Positions 8,306 to 17,980 of a stretch of DNA of 64,000 bases are shown here, piece by piece. How positions within the stretch are numbered: the first letter of the stretch is position 1; each line of letters opens with the position of its first letter. The position numbers and the translations under genes are program-made. Source of the stretch: Comamonadaceae bacterium (GTDB lineage Bacteria; Pseudomonadota; Gammaproteobacteria; Burkholderiales; Burkholderiaceae_C). Location of the stretch: positions 11,053-75,052 of the forward strand of contig JAIYBB010000002.1 in assembly GCA_027488735.1 (NCBI GenBank), written 5' to 3'. The notes beneath the pieces are model-generated. The model ran no database searches and was not told where the DNA came from. It saw nothing but the letters and a program-made list of their open reading frames with translations.

Positions 8306-9820
8306 CTAAAACCTCGGCAACTCCGGGTGACTCATCTGCCCGCCCCGCACCAGCATCTTGCCGTACTCGGCGCAGCGTTGCAGGGTCGGTATCACTTTGC
8401 CAGGGTTGAGCAAACCGCTGGGGTCAAACGCGCGTTTCACACCGAACATTTGTTCGTTTTCAGCTGCTGAAAACTGCACGCACATGGAGTTGAGTTTTTC
8501 CACGCCGACACCGTGCTCACCAGTCACCGTGCCGCCCATGGCCACACTGGTTTCCAAAATATCCGCGCCAAAGAGTTCGCAACGGTGCAGTTGGTCGGGG
8601 TCGTTCGCATCAAACAAAATCAGCGGATGCAGATTGCCGTCGCCGGCGTGAAACACATTGGCGCAGCGCAAACCGTATTTCTTTTCCATCTCGGCAATCG
8701 CCAACAAGATGTCTGCCAAACGCTTGCGCGGAATGGTCGAGTCCATGCACATGTAGTCTGGGCTGATACGACCACTTGCAGGAAACGCGTTTTTGCGTCC
8801 GCTCCAAAACTTCAATCGCTCGGCCTCGTCTTTGCTGACCGCAATCGCGGTCGCGCCGCAGCTTTGCAACACAGCGCTCATGCGGCCGATTTCTTCTTCC
8901 ACTTCTTCGGGTGTGCCATCGCTCTCGCACAGCAATATCGCTTCGGCGTTCAAGTCGTAACCCGCGTGCACAAAATCTTCCACGGCGGCGGTCATGGGCT
9001 TGTCCATCATTTCCAAGCCAGCAGGAATAATGCCTGCCGCAATCACCGCAGCCACCGCGTCACCGGCTTTGCGCAAATCGTCAAAGCTGGCCATGATGCA
9101 ACGCGCGAGTTGCGGCTTGGGCGTGAGCTTGACGGTCACTTCAAGGGTGATGGCCAGCATGCCTTCAGAGCCAACCACGAGCGGCAACAAATCCAAACCG
9201 GGCGCGTCCAGCGCATCGCCGCCGAACTCTATCCATTCGCCTTCGATCGTCAGGCCTTTGACCTTCATCACATTGTGCAAGGTCAAACCGTATTTCAAAC
9301 AATGCACGCCGCCGGAGTTTTCCGCCACGTTGCCGCCTATGCTGCAAGCTATTTGGCTGGACGGATCGGGCGCGTAATACAAACCCAAAGGGGCAGCGGC
9401 CTCGCTGATGGCCAAATTGCGCACACCGCTTTGCACCACAGCGGTTCTGCTGTGCGCGTCCATTTTCAATATGCGGTTGAACTTGGCGAGTGACAAGGTG
9501 ACGCCTTGCGCATGCGGCATGGCACCTCCCGACAAACCGGTGCCTGCACCGCGCGCAACCACCGGCACTTGCAGCGCATGACACGTGCGCAAAACCGCTT
9601 GCACTTGTTCATAGGTTTCAGGCAAGGCCACGCACAAAGGGCGCTGGCGGTACGCGGTCAAACCATCGCATTCATAAGGCGTGGTGTTTTCAGATGAAGA
9701 CAAAACTGCGTGCGCGGGCAACACTTGTCGCAATGCTTGAACCACTTGCGCGCTGCGTGCGGCAATTGCGTTTGCAGCGTTTTGCAAACTTTGAATATCG
9801 GGGGAAGAAATAGCGTTCAT
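8306..9820 (-). CDS. FAD-linked oxidase, GlcD (glycolate oxidase subunit D) / D-2-hydroxyacid dehydrogenase-like
   Basis: 504-aa ORF with VVARGAGTGLSGGA FAD-binding motif and a C-terminal GTVTGEHGVG..K domain. Confidence 0.8.
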   Translation of the reverse strand: MNAISSPDIQSLQNAANAIAARSAQVVQALRQVLPAHAVLSSSENTTPYECDGLTAYRQRPLCVALPETYEQVQAVLRTCHALQVPVVARGAGTGLSGGAMPHAQGVTLSLAKFNRILKMDAHSRTAVVQSGVRNLAISEAAAPLGLYYAPDPSSQIACSIGGNVAENSGGVHCLKYGLTLHNVMKVKGLTIEGEWIEFGGDALDAPGLDLLPLVVGSEGMLAITLEVTVKLTPKPQLARCIMASFDDLRKAGDAVAAVIAAGIIPAGLEMMDKPMTAAVEDFVHAGYDLNAEAILLCESDGTPEEVEEEIGRMSAVLQSCGATAIAVSKDEAERLKFWSGRKNAFPASGRISPDYMCMDSTIPRKRLADILLAIAEMEKKYGLRCANVFHAGDGNLHPLILFDANDPDQLHRCELFGADILETSVAMGGTVTGEHGVGVEKLNSMCVQFSAAENEQMFGVKRAFDPSGLLNPGKVIPTLQRCAEYGKMLVRGGQMSHPELPRF

Positions 9821-10158
9821 ACCGCTACTGTAAACCGTGTGAGCCTAGGTTTGAAAACAGCCCTGTATTCACCCTGTTTGCGCAGCGAAAAAACAGCCAC
9901 GGTGCAAATACATCGTTTGTAAGAAGGAGGCATTCAAGTGCTGCTTCAAGGCTCACAAGTCCATCAGCTGCAGTGTCAAGAAACTCACAGCGAGTCAATA
10001 CCGGTAGTTGAGTTGCTGTCGAAAAACACCTTGTAAAGCGTGAATGCCAAGGTGTGTATTTCATGCATTTCTTATTCGAAAAGCATTTATAAAAAATAAC
10101 TGCGAATTGGCATTCGATTTGCCCATGAAGACCCATCAGTCATTGTTTGGAGGTCATC

Positions 10159-10902
10159 ATGTTCAAGTCATCAAATGCATGCAAATGGTTGCATTGTGTT
10201 TTCACCCGCATCGGTTTTAAAGCGCTAGGCGGGTGTCTTTTGTTGTGGTCTGTCTTGCCACCAGCGCTGGCGATACAAATACAACGTATCGAGGGCGATG
10301 TGTTTGTCAGTGGTGACATCGTCGCCAACGACGACCTGAAATTGCGTGCGGAGTTTGACACCGCGCCAGTGAAACGTTTGATACTGGTGAATTCTCGGGG
10401 CGGGCATTTGACTGCCAGCCTCAATATTGCGCGTTGGCTCGCCACCCGGCCAGTCACGACCTTGGTGGTCGGTCCGTGCTTGTCGGCCTGCTCATTGATT
10501 TTCATGGCGGGCAAAGAGCGCATGTATGCCACGGGTTTCGAGCCGCGTCTGACGGTGATCGGTATCCACGGACCAAGCCTGCCGCAAACCGGGCAACTGT
10601 TGCCCGAGCGCGCTGGCGAAATGTTGGCGTTTTACAAAGAACGCATGGGAGAAAAATACGACGCGCAATTGCTCCACACCGCTTTGTATGAGATGAAAGA
10701 CGCCACGGGTTTTGTCTTGGTGCGAGAAATCAGCCGCAACCAAGCCAAAGACCGCATCACCTTGCATTGCCCGACCGCTGGCACGCCGCGCTGGCGATGC
10801 ACCGAGTACCCGCGTTTGGATGCGTTCACCTTGGGCTTGGTCACCAACATAGAAACCGTGAGCTTGCAACTGCCAGACAGCATGCGCCCTAGAATGCCTT
10901 GA
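10159..10902 (+). CDS. Hypothetical secreted protein
   Basis: ATG 10159 lies 5 nt after GGAGG. Signal-peptide-like N-terminus ends in PPALA. No family recognised with confidence. Confidence 0.55.
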   Translation: MFKSSNACKWLHCVFTRIGFKALGGCLLLWSVLPPALAIQIQRIEGDVFVSGDIVANDDLKLRAEFDTAPVKRLILVNSRGGHLTASLNIARWLATRPVTTLVVGPCLSACSLIFMAGKERMYATGFEPRLTVIGIHGPSLPQTGQLLPERAGEMLAFYKERMGEKYDAQLLHTALYEMKDATGFVLVREISRNQAKDRITLHCPTAGTPRWRCTEYPRLDAFTLGLVTNIETVSLQLPDSMRPRMP

Positions 10903-10953
10903 CAGTCAGCGCATCACTGCGCAAAAGTCTGCACATACAAGGAGACACACGGC

Positions 10954-12288
10954 ATGGGCGACAACAACATCACACTTGGCAACCTGTGGTTGCCGTTCAC
11001 GCCGAACAAAGATTTCCACCAGTCGCCCCGTGTGTTCACCGGTGCGGATGGCATGTACTTCACGACAGCAGACGGCAGCAAAGTATTGGACGGCATCTCC
11101 AGCCTGTGGTGTGTGGGCGCAGGACACAACCGGCGCGAAATCAACGAAGCCATTTACCAACAATTGCAAACGCTGGATTATTCGACGGCGTTTCAATTCG
11201 GCAATGACCGCGCATTCGAAGCCGCGCACATGATTGCCGCGCTCGCCCCCGGCGACTTGAACAAAGTGTTTTTTTGCACCTCAGGTTCGGAAGCGGCAGA
11301 CACCGCCATGAAGATGGCGCTGGCTTACCACCGCGCGCGCGGTCAGGGACAACGAAGCGTATTCATAGGACGTGAACGCGGTTACCACGGTGTGGGTTTT
11401 GGCGGCATGAGTGTGGGCGGCATTGGCGGCAACCGCAAGTTGTTTGGCTCGGCCATGTTGCCGCATGTGGATCATTTGCGCTTCATCCATGACCCGGTCA
11501 ACCATGCGTATATCAATGGTGAGTTGCCGGTGTTTGCCGAGGACTGGTTGCTCGAACTCGAACAACGCCTGTTGCCCTTGCATGACCCGAGCAACGTAGC
11601 AGCCATCATCGTCGAGCCGGTGGCGGGCAGCGCGGGCTGGTACCTGCCGCCCAAAGGCTATTTGCAGCGCTTGCGCGAGATTTGCGACAAGCACGGCATT
11701 TTGTTGATTTTTGATGAAGTCATCACCGGCTTTGGTCGCATGGGCAAGCCGTTTGCCGCCGACTATTTCGGTGTCGTGCCCGATATGTTGAACTTTGCCA
11801 AATGCGTCACTAACGGCGTGGTGCCCATGGGCGGCGTGGTGTGTCGCGAGCATGTGCATGACGCCATCATGTCTGTGCCCACACCTGCCCACGTGATCGA
11901 GTTTTCACACGGCTACACCTACTCGGGTCATCCGGTGGCGTGCGCGGCAGCAGTGGCCACCATGAAGCTTTTGGCTGATGAGAAGCTGTTTGAACGCGCC
12001 GCTGCCATGGGCCCGGTGCTGGGCAACGCGGTACACGCCGCCATCAAAGGCTTGCCGCATGTGATCAGCATCCGCGCGCTGGGTTTGGCGGCTGCGGTGG
12101 AGCTGAGTCCATCTGACAAAGGCGTGGGCGCGCGTGGCTATGCGGTGTTCTTGGAATGCTTAAAGCACGGTGTGTTGGTGCGCAGCGCAGGCGACAACCT
12201 GGTGCTGGCGCCTGCCTATGTGGTGGAAAAAGCGCAAATAGAGCAGATGGTCGGTGTGCTGGCGCAGGCGATCAAACGCGTTGCCTAA
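10954..12288 (+). CDS. Class III (omega-amino acid / beta-alanine--pyruvate type) aminotransferase
   Basis: 444-aa ORF with SGSEA.DTA.K, LIFDEVITGFGR.G and YTYSGHP motifs. RBS AAGGAG lies upstream. Confidence 0.85.
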   Translation: MGDNNITLGNLWLPFTPNKDFHQSPRVFTGADGMYFTTADGSKVLDGISSLWCVGAGHNRREINEAIYQQLQTLDYSTAFQFGNDRAFEAAHMIAALAPGDLNKVFFCTSGSEAADTAMKMALAYHRARGQGQRSVFIGRERGYHGVGFGGMSVGGIGGNRKLFGSAMLPHVDHLRFIHDPVNHAYINGELPVFAEDWLLELEQRLLPLHDPSNVAAIIVEPVAGSAGWYLPPKGYLQRLREICDKHGILLIFDEVITGFGRMGKPFAADYFGVVPDMLNFAKCVTNGVVPMGGVVCREHVHDAIMSVPTPAHVIEFSHGYTYSGHPVACAAAVATMKLLADEKLFERAAAMGPVLGNAVHAAIKGLPHVISIRALGLAAAVELSPSDKGVGARGYAVFLECLKHGVLVRSAGDNLVLAPAYVVEKAQIEQMVGVLAQAIKRVA

Positions 12289-12328
12289 ATCGATGGAACA
12301 GGGGCCACGAAAACCCTTGACGCTGGGT

Positions 12329-13507
12329 TTATGGCCCCACCACTTTTCGCAAGCTTTGCTCGAACACATCCCCGTTAGATTGGACGATTCGCACTTTGAC
12401 CGGTAAATAACCGTGAGCAGGTGCCAGCCATATGTCGGCGGTCTGGTCGTGGTTTTGCAACGGCAATCGGCTGACTTTCAAAGCCGTCAATTTGCCTGCG
12501 GGCAAGTCCAATAGTTCGCTGCGTGCCACTTGAAAGGACCACAGCTCTGCGCTTTTAGACGATACGATTTGAAAGCTCAGTAGTTGTCCGGTTTGACGCA
12601 ATTCGGGGGTGCCTGCCAACACTGCGGCGAGTTGTGCAAACATGCTCAAACGGTCTTGCGCCGCCACTTGCAGAGCTTGCGGCGTGCTGTTGGCGCTGAA
12701 CACCACTTGCCCCTTCTCGCGCTCGAAATGCGCGGCCACCTCTTGTTTGTTTTTCTCGCCAAAGCGTTTGGGTTGCAGCCCTTGGGGGCCGAGTTGGCCG
12801 ACGCTGGTTTGTATGCGCGAACCCAACAGCATGTGGCTGATGTCCAGCTTCATCTGGTAATTCACTCCGTCGTGTTGCCAAAGCAATTCACCATTGGCAT
12901 TGAAGCGAATGCCTTTGCTTTCACCCAGCACGTCATATTGCAATTTAACCGGCTGCGGCCACACAAAACGGGCTTGTGTCAGCCAGGCCGGTGCTGCGGG
13001 GATGTCTGCAGTCTCAGTGGCAGGCACAGGCACTGAGGTTTCAGTGGGCGGCGGTGCGTCAGATGTTGCGGCTTGCGTGGCTTCGGGCAGGGTGTCAGCC
13101 GTCTCCACAGAAGGCGCTCTGGTGATGGCTTCTTCAGGGGGTGTTTCTGTTTGTGCCAACGGCGGCTCTTCACTGGGCACGGCCTCGGATGAAGCCGCGG
13201 GCTCGGGCTCAGTTGGCGCGGACTCCGGGGCAGGGCTGGGGGCATAAAACCCTTGTTCAGGCTCGCTGAGAGTGGGGCGAGGCTTGGCGGGTTTGCGAGG
13301 CGGCGCAACGGTCGGCGCTGCAATGGCGGTCACCACGGAGGGGGCAGCGACTTGCCATTGCAAGCTCAGGCGGGTGGTGTCGCCCGGTTGGGTCGGCCAC
13401 GACACCGACAAGGCGCGCAAACCGGCCAGGTGCACACACAGCACCAACAACAGCAAAGCTGCCAGCACAAGCCGGTGTTTCAGGGTCGGTGGATAGAATG
13501 CATGCAT
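12329..13507 (-). CDS. Membrane-anchored proline-rich protein, DUF3108-like
   Basis: N-terminal hydrophobic helix, a Pro/Ala/Glu-rich linker, then a beta-rich C-terminal domain. The family assignment is from memory only. Confidence 0.5.
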   Translation of the reverse strand: MHAFYPPTLKHRLVLAALLLLVLCVHLAGLRALSVSWPTQPGDTTRLSLQWQVAAPSVVTAIAAPTVAPPRKPAKPRPTLSEPEQGFYAPSPAPESAPTEPEPAASSEAVPSEEPPLAQTETPPEEAITRAPSVETADTLPEATQAATSDAPPPTETSVPVPATETADIPAAPAWLTQARFVWPQPVKLQYDVLGESKGIRFNANGELLWQHDGVNYQMKLDISHMLLGSRIQTSVGQLGPQGLQPKRFGEKNKQEVAAHFEREKGQVVFSANSTPQALQVAAQDRLSMFAQLAAVLAGTPELRQTGQLLSFQIVSSKSAELWSFQVARSELLDLPAGKLTALKVSRLPLQNHDQTADIWLAPAHGYLPVKVRIVQSNGDVFEQSLRKVVGP

Positions 13508-14516
13508 GAAATTAGCAACATACAAAGACGGGTCACGCGATGGACAACTGGTGGTGGTTTCCAGAGATTTAAGCAGTGCCCATTATGCGAGCGGTATCGC
13601 CCAGCGCTTGCAACAGGTGCTTGACGACTGGAATTTTTTATCGCCGCAGCTGCAAGACATTGACCAAACATTGAACCAAGGCAGAGCCCGGCATGCCTTC
13701 CCGTTTGACCCCAAGATGTGCATGGCACCGCTGCCGCGTGCTTACCAATGGGCGGACGGCTCGGCCTACATGAACCATGTTGAGTTGGTACGCGCTTCGC
13801 GCAACAGCGAAGTACCGGCCAATTTTTACGAAGACCCGTTGATGTACCAAGGCGGCAGCGATGACTTTTTGGGCCCGTGTGATGACATCATCGCGGTCAG
13901 CACCGAGCACGGCATTGATTTTGAAGCCGAGGTGGCCGTGGTCACTGGCGACGTGCCCATGCAGTGCAACGCAGACGAAGCCTTGGAAAGTATCCGCTTG
14001 GTCATGTTGGCCAACGATGTGTCATTGCGCCGTTTGATTCCGGGCGAGTTGGCGAAAAATTTCGGCTTTGTGCAGGGCAAACCTGCCACCGCGTTCAGCC
14101 CCGTGGCGGTGACACCGGATGAACTCGGCAGTGCTTGGCAGCACGGCCGCTTGCACCTGACGATGCGGGTCGATTGGAACGACAAACGCGTGGGCATGTG
14201 CGACGCTGGTCCCGAGATGACATTTCACTTCGGCCAGTTGATCGCTCACTTGGCCAAAACCCGCAATGTAAGGGCCGGCAGCATCATCGGCAGCGGCACG
14301 GTCAGCAACCAAGCGGTCGAATCCACGGGCCGCAAAGACTGGCCCAAAGGCTACAGCTGCATCGCCGAGAAACGCGCTATTGAAACCATTTTGGACGGCA
14401 AAGCGCAGACCGAATTCATGCAATTCGGTGACACCGTGCGCATCGAAATGAAAGACAAAGACGGCCAAAGCGTGTTTGGCGCCATTGACCAAAAAGTCTC
14501 GCCGCTGCGGATTTGA
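13506..14516 (+). CDS. Fumarylacetoacetate hydrolase (FAH) family protein
   Basis: 336-aa ORF MKLATYKDGSRDGQLVVV... with G.DFE.E.AVV and GSGT FAH-fold motifs. Confidence 0.75.
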   Translation: MKLATYKDGSRDGQLVVVSRDLSSAHYASGIAQRLQQVLDDWNFLSPQLQDIDQTLNQGRARHAFPFDPKMCMAPLPRAYQWADGSAYMNHVELVRASRNSEVPANFYEDPLMYQGGSDDFLGPCDDIIAVSTEHGIDFEAEVAVVTGDVPMQCNADEALESIRLVMLANDVSLRRLIPGELAKNFGFVQGKPATAFSPVAVTPDELGSAWQHGRLHLTMRVDWNDKRVGMCDAGPEMTFHFGQLIAHLAKTRNVRAGSIIGSGTVSNQAVESTGRKDWPKGYSCIAEKRAIETILDGKAQTEFMQFGDTVRIEMKDKDGQSVFGAIDQKVSPLRI

Positions 14517-14560
14517 TGCATCGCCCCTAAACACGGTTTGTTGGCGCTGACGACAGCCTG

Positions 14561-14680
14561 TTACACCTGACCCGGGTCGGCGGCCATTTGGTCAAATTTT
14601 TTGAAATATTGGCGTGCCATGGCCACCAACTGCGCATCGCTGGGGTGGTCTATCCAGACGATGGCGTGGTAGGTGGACAT
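14561..14680 (-). CDS. Possible small protein (39 aa), unknown function
   Basis: ATG 14680 lies 11 nt downstream of the dksA-like stop. Translation is MSTYHAIVWIDHPSDAQLVAMARQYFKKFDQMAADPGQV. It is below the ORF-track length cut-off, and no further support is available. Confidence 0.3.
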   Translation of the reverse strand: MSTYHAIVWIDHPSDAQLVAMARQYFKKFDQMAADPGQV

Positions 14681-14691
14681 GGTGTGCTTTC

Positions 14692-15096
14692 TTAATGGGC
14701 CGCGTGTGCGTTTTCAAAAGTGGTTTGGCAGGCCGCGCAACGAATAGCCTGGGGTGCGGCCTGTAAACGCGCGTCAGACAGCGCGCTGCCGCATTTCTGG
14801 CACAGCCCATACACGCCTTGGGTGATGCGAACCAGCGCGTCGTCAATGGCTTGCAATTGCGCAATTTCGTTTTCATCAATCGCAAATGCCAAGTCGCGTT
14901 GGCTGTTGATCAGCCCCGGGTCGTCTTGAATGTGGTCAAACTGCTCGAACGCCAGTTCTGCGCGACTGACTTTGCCGTCGCGTTGTTCTGACATGCGCTC
15001 GAGCAAGTCTTCACGCATGCGCTCCAAGGTTTGTCGGTAGGGTTGTGTGGCTGCGGGTTTCATGGGGTACTTTCGGTCACTCAGAGTACCCATCAT
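14692..15096 (-). CDS. DksA/TraR family C4-type zinc-finger protein
   Basis: C-terminal CQKCGSAL...IRCAACQ four-Cys finger preceded by a coiled-coil-like region. Alternative start at ATG 15063. Confidence 0.8.
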   Translation of the reverse strand: MMGTLSDRKYPMKPAATQPYRQTLERMREDLLERMSEQRDGKVSRAELAFEQFDHIQDDPGLINSQRDLAFAIDENEIAQLQAIDDALVRITQGVYGLCQKCGSALSDARLQAAPQAIRCAACQTTFENAHAAH

Positions 15097-15196
15097 GAGT
15101 TGGGTTTCCCGATGTGGGCTTGATCTTTGTCAACAAAGCCGCTGCTGGTTGGGCGCAAGGCACAATCTGGTCCATGGCAAACAGGACAATGGCACC

Positions 15197-16003
15197 ATGA
15201 AACAGATTGACTACAGCATTTACGACACACTGCGCATCACCCGTCGCGGGCCGAACGACAGCGTGCTCGATATCCAAATGAAAGCCACGAACGGTAAGTT
15301 GCCTACCGCCGGGCACCAGGGGCATGCCGATTTGTGCGAGATATGGCGTGACATCGGCCGCGACGACAGCGTGCGTTGTGCGGTGCTGCGCGGCGAAGGC
15401 ATGGGGTTTTCCGGCGGCGGCGACATGGCGCTGGTGCAAGACATGGCCCAAGACTTCGAAGTGCGCACCCGCGTGTGGAAAGAAGCGCGTGACTTGGTTT
15501 ACAACATCATCAACTGCGACAAGCCGGTGGTCAGCGCCATGCACGGCCCGGCGGTCGGTGCGGGTCTGGTGGCCGGTTTGCTGGCCGATATTTCCATTGC
15601 CGCCAAAAGCGCCAAGATTGTTGACGGCCACACGCGATTAGGTGTTGCTGCCGGTGACCACGCGGCCATCATCTGGCCTTTGCTGTGCGGCATGGCCAAA
15701 GCCAAATACTATTTGATGTTGTGCGAACCGGTCAGCGGCGAAGAGGCCGAGCGCATCGGTTTGGTGTCGCTGTGTGTGGACGACGACAAGTTGCTGGACA
15801 AAGCCTATGAAGTGGCCGACAAACTCGCCGCTGGCAGCCAAACCGCGATCCGCTGGACCAAATATAGCTTGAACAACTGGTTGCGCCAAGCCGGGCCGTC
15901 GTTTGACACCTCGCTGGCGTTGGAATTCATGGGCTTTGGCGGACCGGATGTGCGCGAAGGCGTGAATTCGATCAAAGAAAAAAGGCCGCCGCATTTCGGT
16001 TGA
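15197..16003 (+). CDS. Enoyl-CoA hydratase/isomerase (crotonase) family protein
   Basis: [14 protein letters not shown] and [16 protein letters not shown] oxyanion-hole motifs. Start is taken at ATG 15197. Confidence 0.8.
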   Translation: MKQIDYSIYDTLRITRRGPNDSVLDIQMKATNGKLPTAGHQGHADLCEIWRDIGRDDSVRCAVLRGEGMGFSGGGDMALVQDMAQDFEVRTRVWKEARDLVYNIINCDKPVVSAMHGPAVGAGLVAGLLADISIAAKSAKIVDGHTRLGVAAGDHAAIIWPLLCGMAKAKYYLMLCEPVSGEEAERIGLVSLCVDDDKLLDKAYEVADKLAAGSQTAIRWTKYSLNNWLRQAGPSFDTSLALEFMGFGGPDVREGVNSIKEKRPPHFG

Positions 16004-16004
16004 C

Positions 16005-16841
16005 ATGAACGCCAGAACCTGGGCCATTGTCAGCAGCGTGGTTGCGCTGCATCTGCTTGCTTTATGGGCATTGCACATCGGCTTGATCAGACGCGTGGTC
16101 GAGGTGGTTGTCCCCGTGATGCTGGTCAGCGCCACACAACCGCCGCCTGAGGTCAAGCCGCCTCCCAAGCCGGAACCACCGCCGCCTGAAGTCAAGCCAC
16201 CACCCAAACAGGAACCGCCGCCTCCCAAGCCGGAGCCACCGCCGCCGGAGGTCAAGCCGCCTCCCAAGCAGGAGCCACCGCCGCCAGAGGCTAAGCCACC
16301 AGCACCACCGCCCAAACCGGTGTCAACCCCAGTGCCGCCGCCGCCCGCTGCCCCGCCGCAGAGCGCGCCACCCGCGCCAGAGGTATTGGCTGCGCCCAAA
16401 GCCGCCCCTGCTGCGCCAGCGATAGTGACTACGCCCGCACCCGCCCCACCACCACCGGTTGTGGCTCCTGCGGCGCCGGTGCCCGTTGCCCCGCCTACAC
16501 CCCCGGCACCCGCGCCCGCCCCTGCGCCAGTCGCAGCGCCTGCACCGGCTAAAGTCGAGTTGCCTTCTTCCAAAGCGGATTACTTGCACAATCCCCCACC
16601 AGACTACCCGCGCATGAGTGTGCGCTTGGGCGAGCAAGGACAGGTGGTGGTGAAGGTGTTGATTGGCGCAGACGGTGTGCCGCAAAAAGTGGAATTGCAC
16701 ACCAGCAGCGGGTTTGCGCGACTGGACAAGTCGGCCTTAGACGCCGCCATGCGATGGCGCTATGTGCCGGGCAAGCGCGGTGGCGTGGCCGAAGCCATGT
16801 GGTATCAGGTGCCGATCACCTTTAACTTGAAAAAAGAGTAA
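16005..16841 (+). CDS. tonB: Energy transducer TonB
   Basis: N-terminal anchor helix, (PPPEVKPPPKxE)n proline-rich spacer, C-terminal YP..S.R.G.QG.V.V....G.V domain. Followed by exbB and exbD. Confidence 0.9.
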   Translation: MNARTWAIVSSVVALHLLALWALHIGLIRRVVEVVVPVMLVSATQPPPEVKPPPKPEPPPPEVKPPPKQEPPPPKPEPPPPEVKPPPKQEPPPPEAKPPAPPPKPVSTPVPPPPAAPPQSAPPAPEVLAAPKAAPAAPAIVTTPAPAPPPPVVAPAAPVPVAPPTPPAPAPAPAPVAAPAPAKVELPSSKADYLHNPPPDYPRMSVRLGEQGQVVVKVLIGADGVPQKVELHTSSGFARLDKSALDAAMRWRYVPGKRGGVAEAMWYQVPITFNLKKE

Positions 16842-16843
16842 CT

Positions 16844-17533
16844 ATGAACATTGACCATGGACTGATGAATGTATGGATTGAAGGCGACGCAATCATCCGC
16901 GCGGTGGCATTGCTGCTGTTGGCGATGTCGCTGGCGTCATGGTTGGTGATTGTTGTCAAGACACTCAATCTGCTGTCGGCGCGCAAGCAAGCACAGCGCA
17001 TTGAAGCGTTTTGGCACAGTGCCAATATCCACGACGCGATCAAGACCTTGGGCGATGAGGCGCACAACCCGTTTCGCGAAGTGGCCAGCAAGGGACAGCA
17101 AGCCTTGTCGCATTTAAAGACAAATGCTGCCCAGACAGAACTGTCCAAGCAACTCGACACCAGCGACTGGGTGACCCGCGGTTTGCAAAACGCAATCGAC
17201 GATGAGGTGGGCAAATTGCAGTCGGGGTTGGTCATTTTGGCGTCGGTGGGATCGACCTCGCCATTCGTGGGATTGTTTGGAACGGTGTGGGGCATCTACC
17301 ATGCCTTGATGCAAATTGGCATGGCGGGACAAGCCACTATCGACAAAGTGGCAGGCCCGATTGGCGAGGCCTTGATCATGACCGCGCTGGGTTTGGCGGT
17401 GGCGATTCCGGCGGTGCTGGCCTACAACGCATTGGTGCGCGCCAACAAATCCATCGTGGCACGCATGAACCGTTTTGCCCACGATTTGCATGCCTTGCTG
17501 ATCACCGGTTCGCGCGTGAAAACAGGGGCTTAA
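16844..17533 (+). CDS. exbB: MotA/TolQ/ExbB proton-channel protein
   Basis: GLFGTVWGI...AL..TALGL.VAIPAV..YN motif block, and its position between tonB and exbD. Confidence 0.9.
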   Translation: MNIDHGLMNVWIEGDAIIRAVALLLLAMSLASWLVIVVKTLNLLSARKQAQRIEAFWHSANIHDAIKTLGDEAHNPFREVASKGQQALSHLKTNAAQTELSKQLDTSDWVTRGLQNAIDDEVGKLQSGLVILASVGSTSPFVGLFGTVWGIYHALMQIGMAGQATIDKVAGPIGEALIMTALGLAVAIPAVLAYNALVRANKSIVARMNRFAHDLHALLITGSRVKTGA

Positions 17534-17536
17534 ACC

Positions 17537-17950
17537 ATGTCTTTTGGTACCCAAAACGATACCGATGAGGTGATGAACGAAATCAACATGACACCGTTGG
17601 TGGATGTCATGTTGGTGTTGCTGATCGTTTTCATCATCACCATTCCGGTGATGAAACATTCGGTCAACATCGAGTTGCCGCGAGCCAGCAACCAACCGCA
17701 AGATGCCAAGCCGCAAACCATCCGCTTGACCGTGGATGCGCAAGGCAGTTATTTCTGGAACGACGAAGCCGTCGACGATGCACAACTGCAAACCCGCTTG
17801 GCCGAAGCCGCCGCCAAACAACCGCAATCGCCCTTGCATATCCGGGGCGACCGCGCGGTGCGTTACGAGCGCGTGGCGCAAGCCATGGCTGCGGCGCAAC
17901 GCGCAGGCATCACACAAATCGGTTTCATCACAGACAACAATGTCCGCTGA
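17537..17950 (+). CDS. exbD: Biopolymer transport protein ExbD/TolR
   Basis: INMTPLVDVMLVLLIVFIIT signature helix; 137 aa. Confidence 0.9.
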   Translation: MSFGTQNDTDEVMNEINMTPLVDVMLVLLIVFIITIPVMKHSVNIELPRASNQPQDAKPQTIRLTVDAQGSYFWNDEAVDDAQLQTRLAEAAAKQPQSPLHIRGDRAVRYERVAQAMAAAQRAGITQIGFITDNNVR

Positions 17951-17980
17951 AACCAACCACTGACCCATCCAAGGCACACC

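Noticed and set aside
9825-10136. 103-aa minus-strand ORF in the glcD upstream spacer
   Set aside because: No RBS, Cys/Phe-rich odd composition, and it sits in the AT-richer promoter region. More likely non-coding.
16141-16560. Possible CRISPR-like or other repeat array
   Set aside because: The repeats are in-frame codon repeats of the TonB Pro-rich linker and have no unique spacers. No CRISPR array or cas genes occur anywhere in the window.
15638-16573. 311-aa Gly/Ala-rich ORF on the minus strand
   Set aside because: It is the antisense mirror of the TonB proline-rich region (CCN codons read as GGN) and of the enoyl-CoA hydratase 3' end. The sequence is low-complexity, has no start context, and overlaps two well-supported genes.
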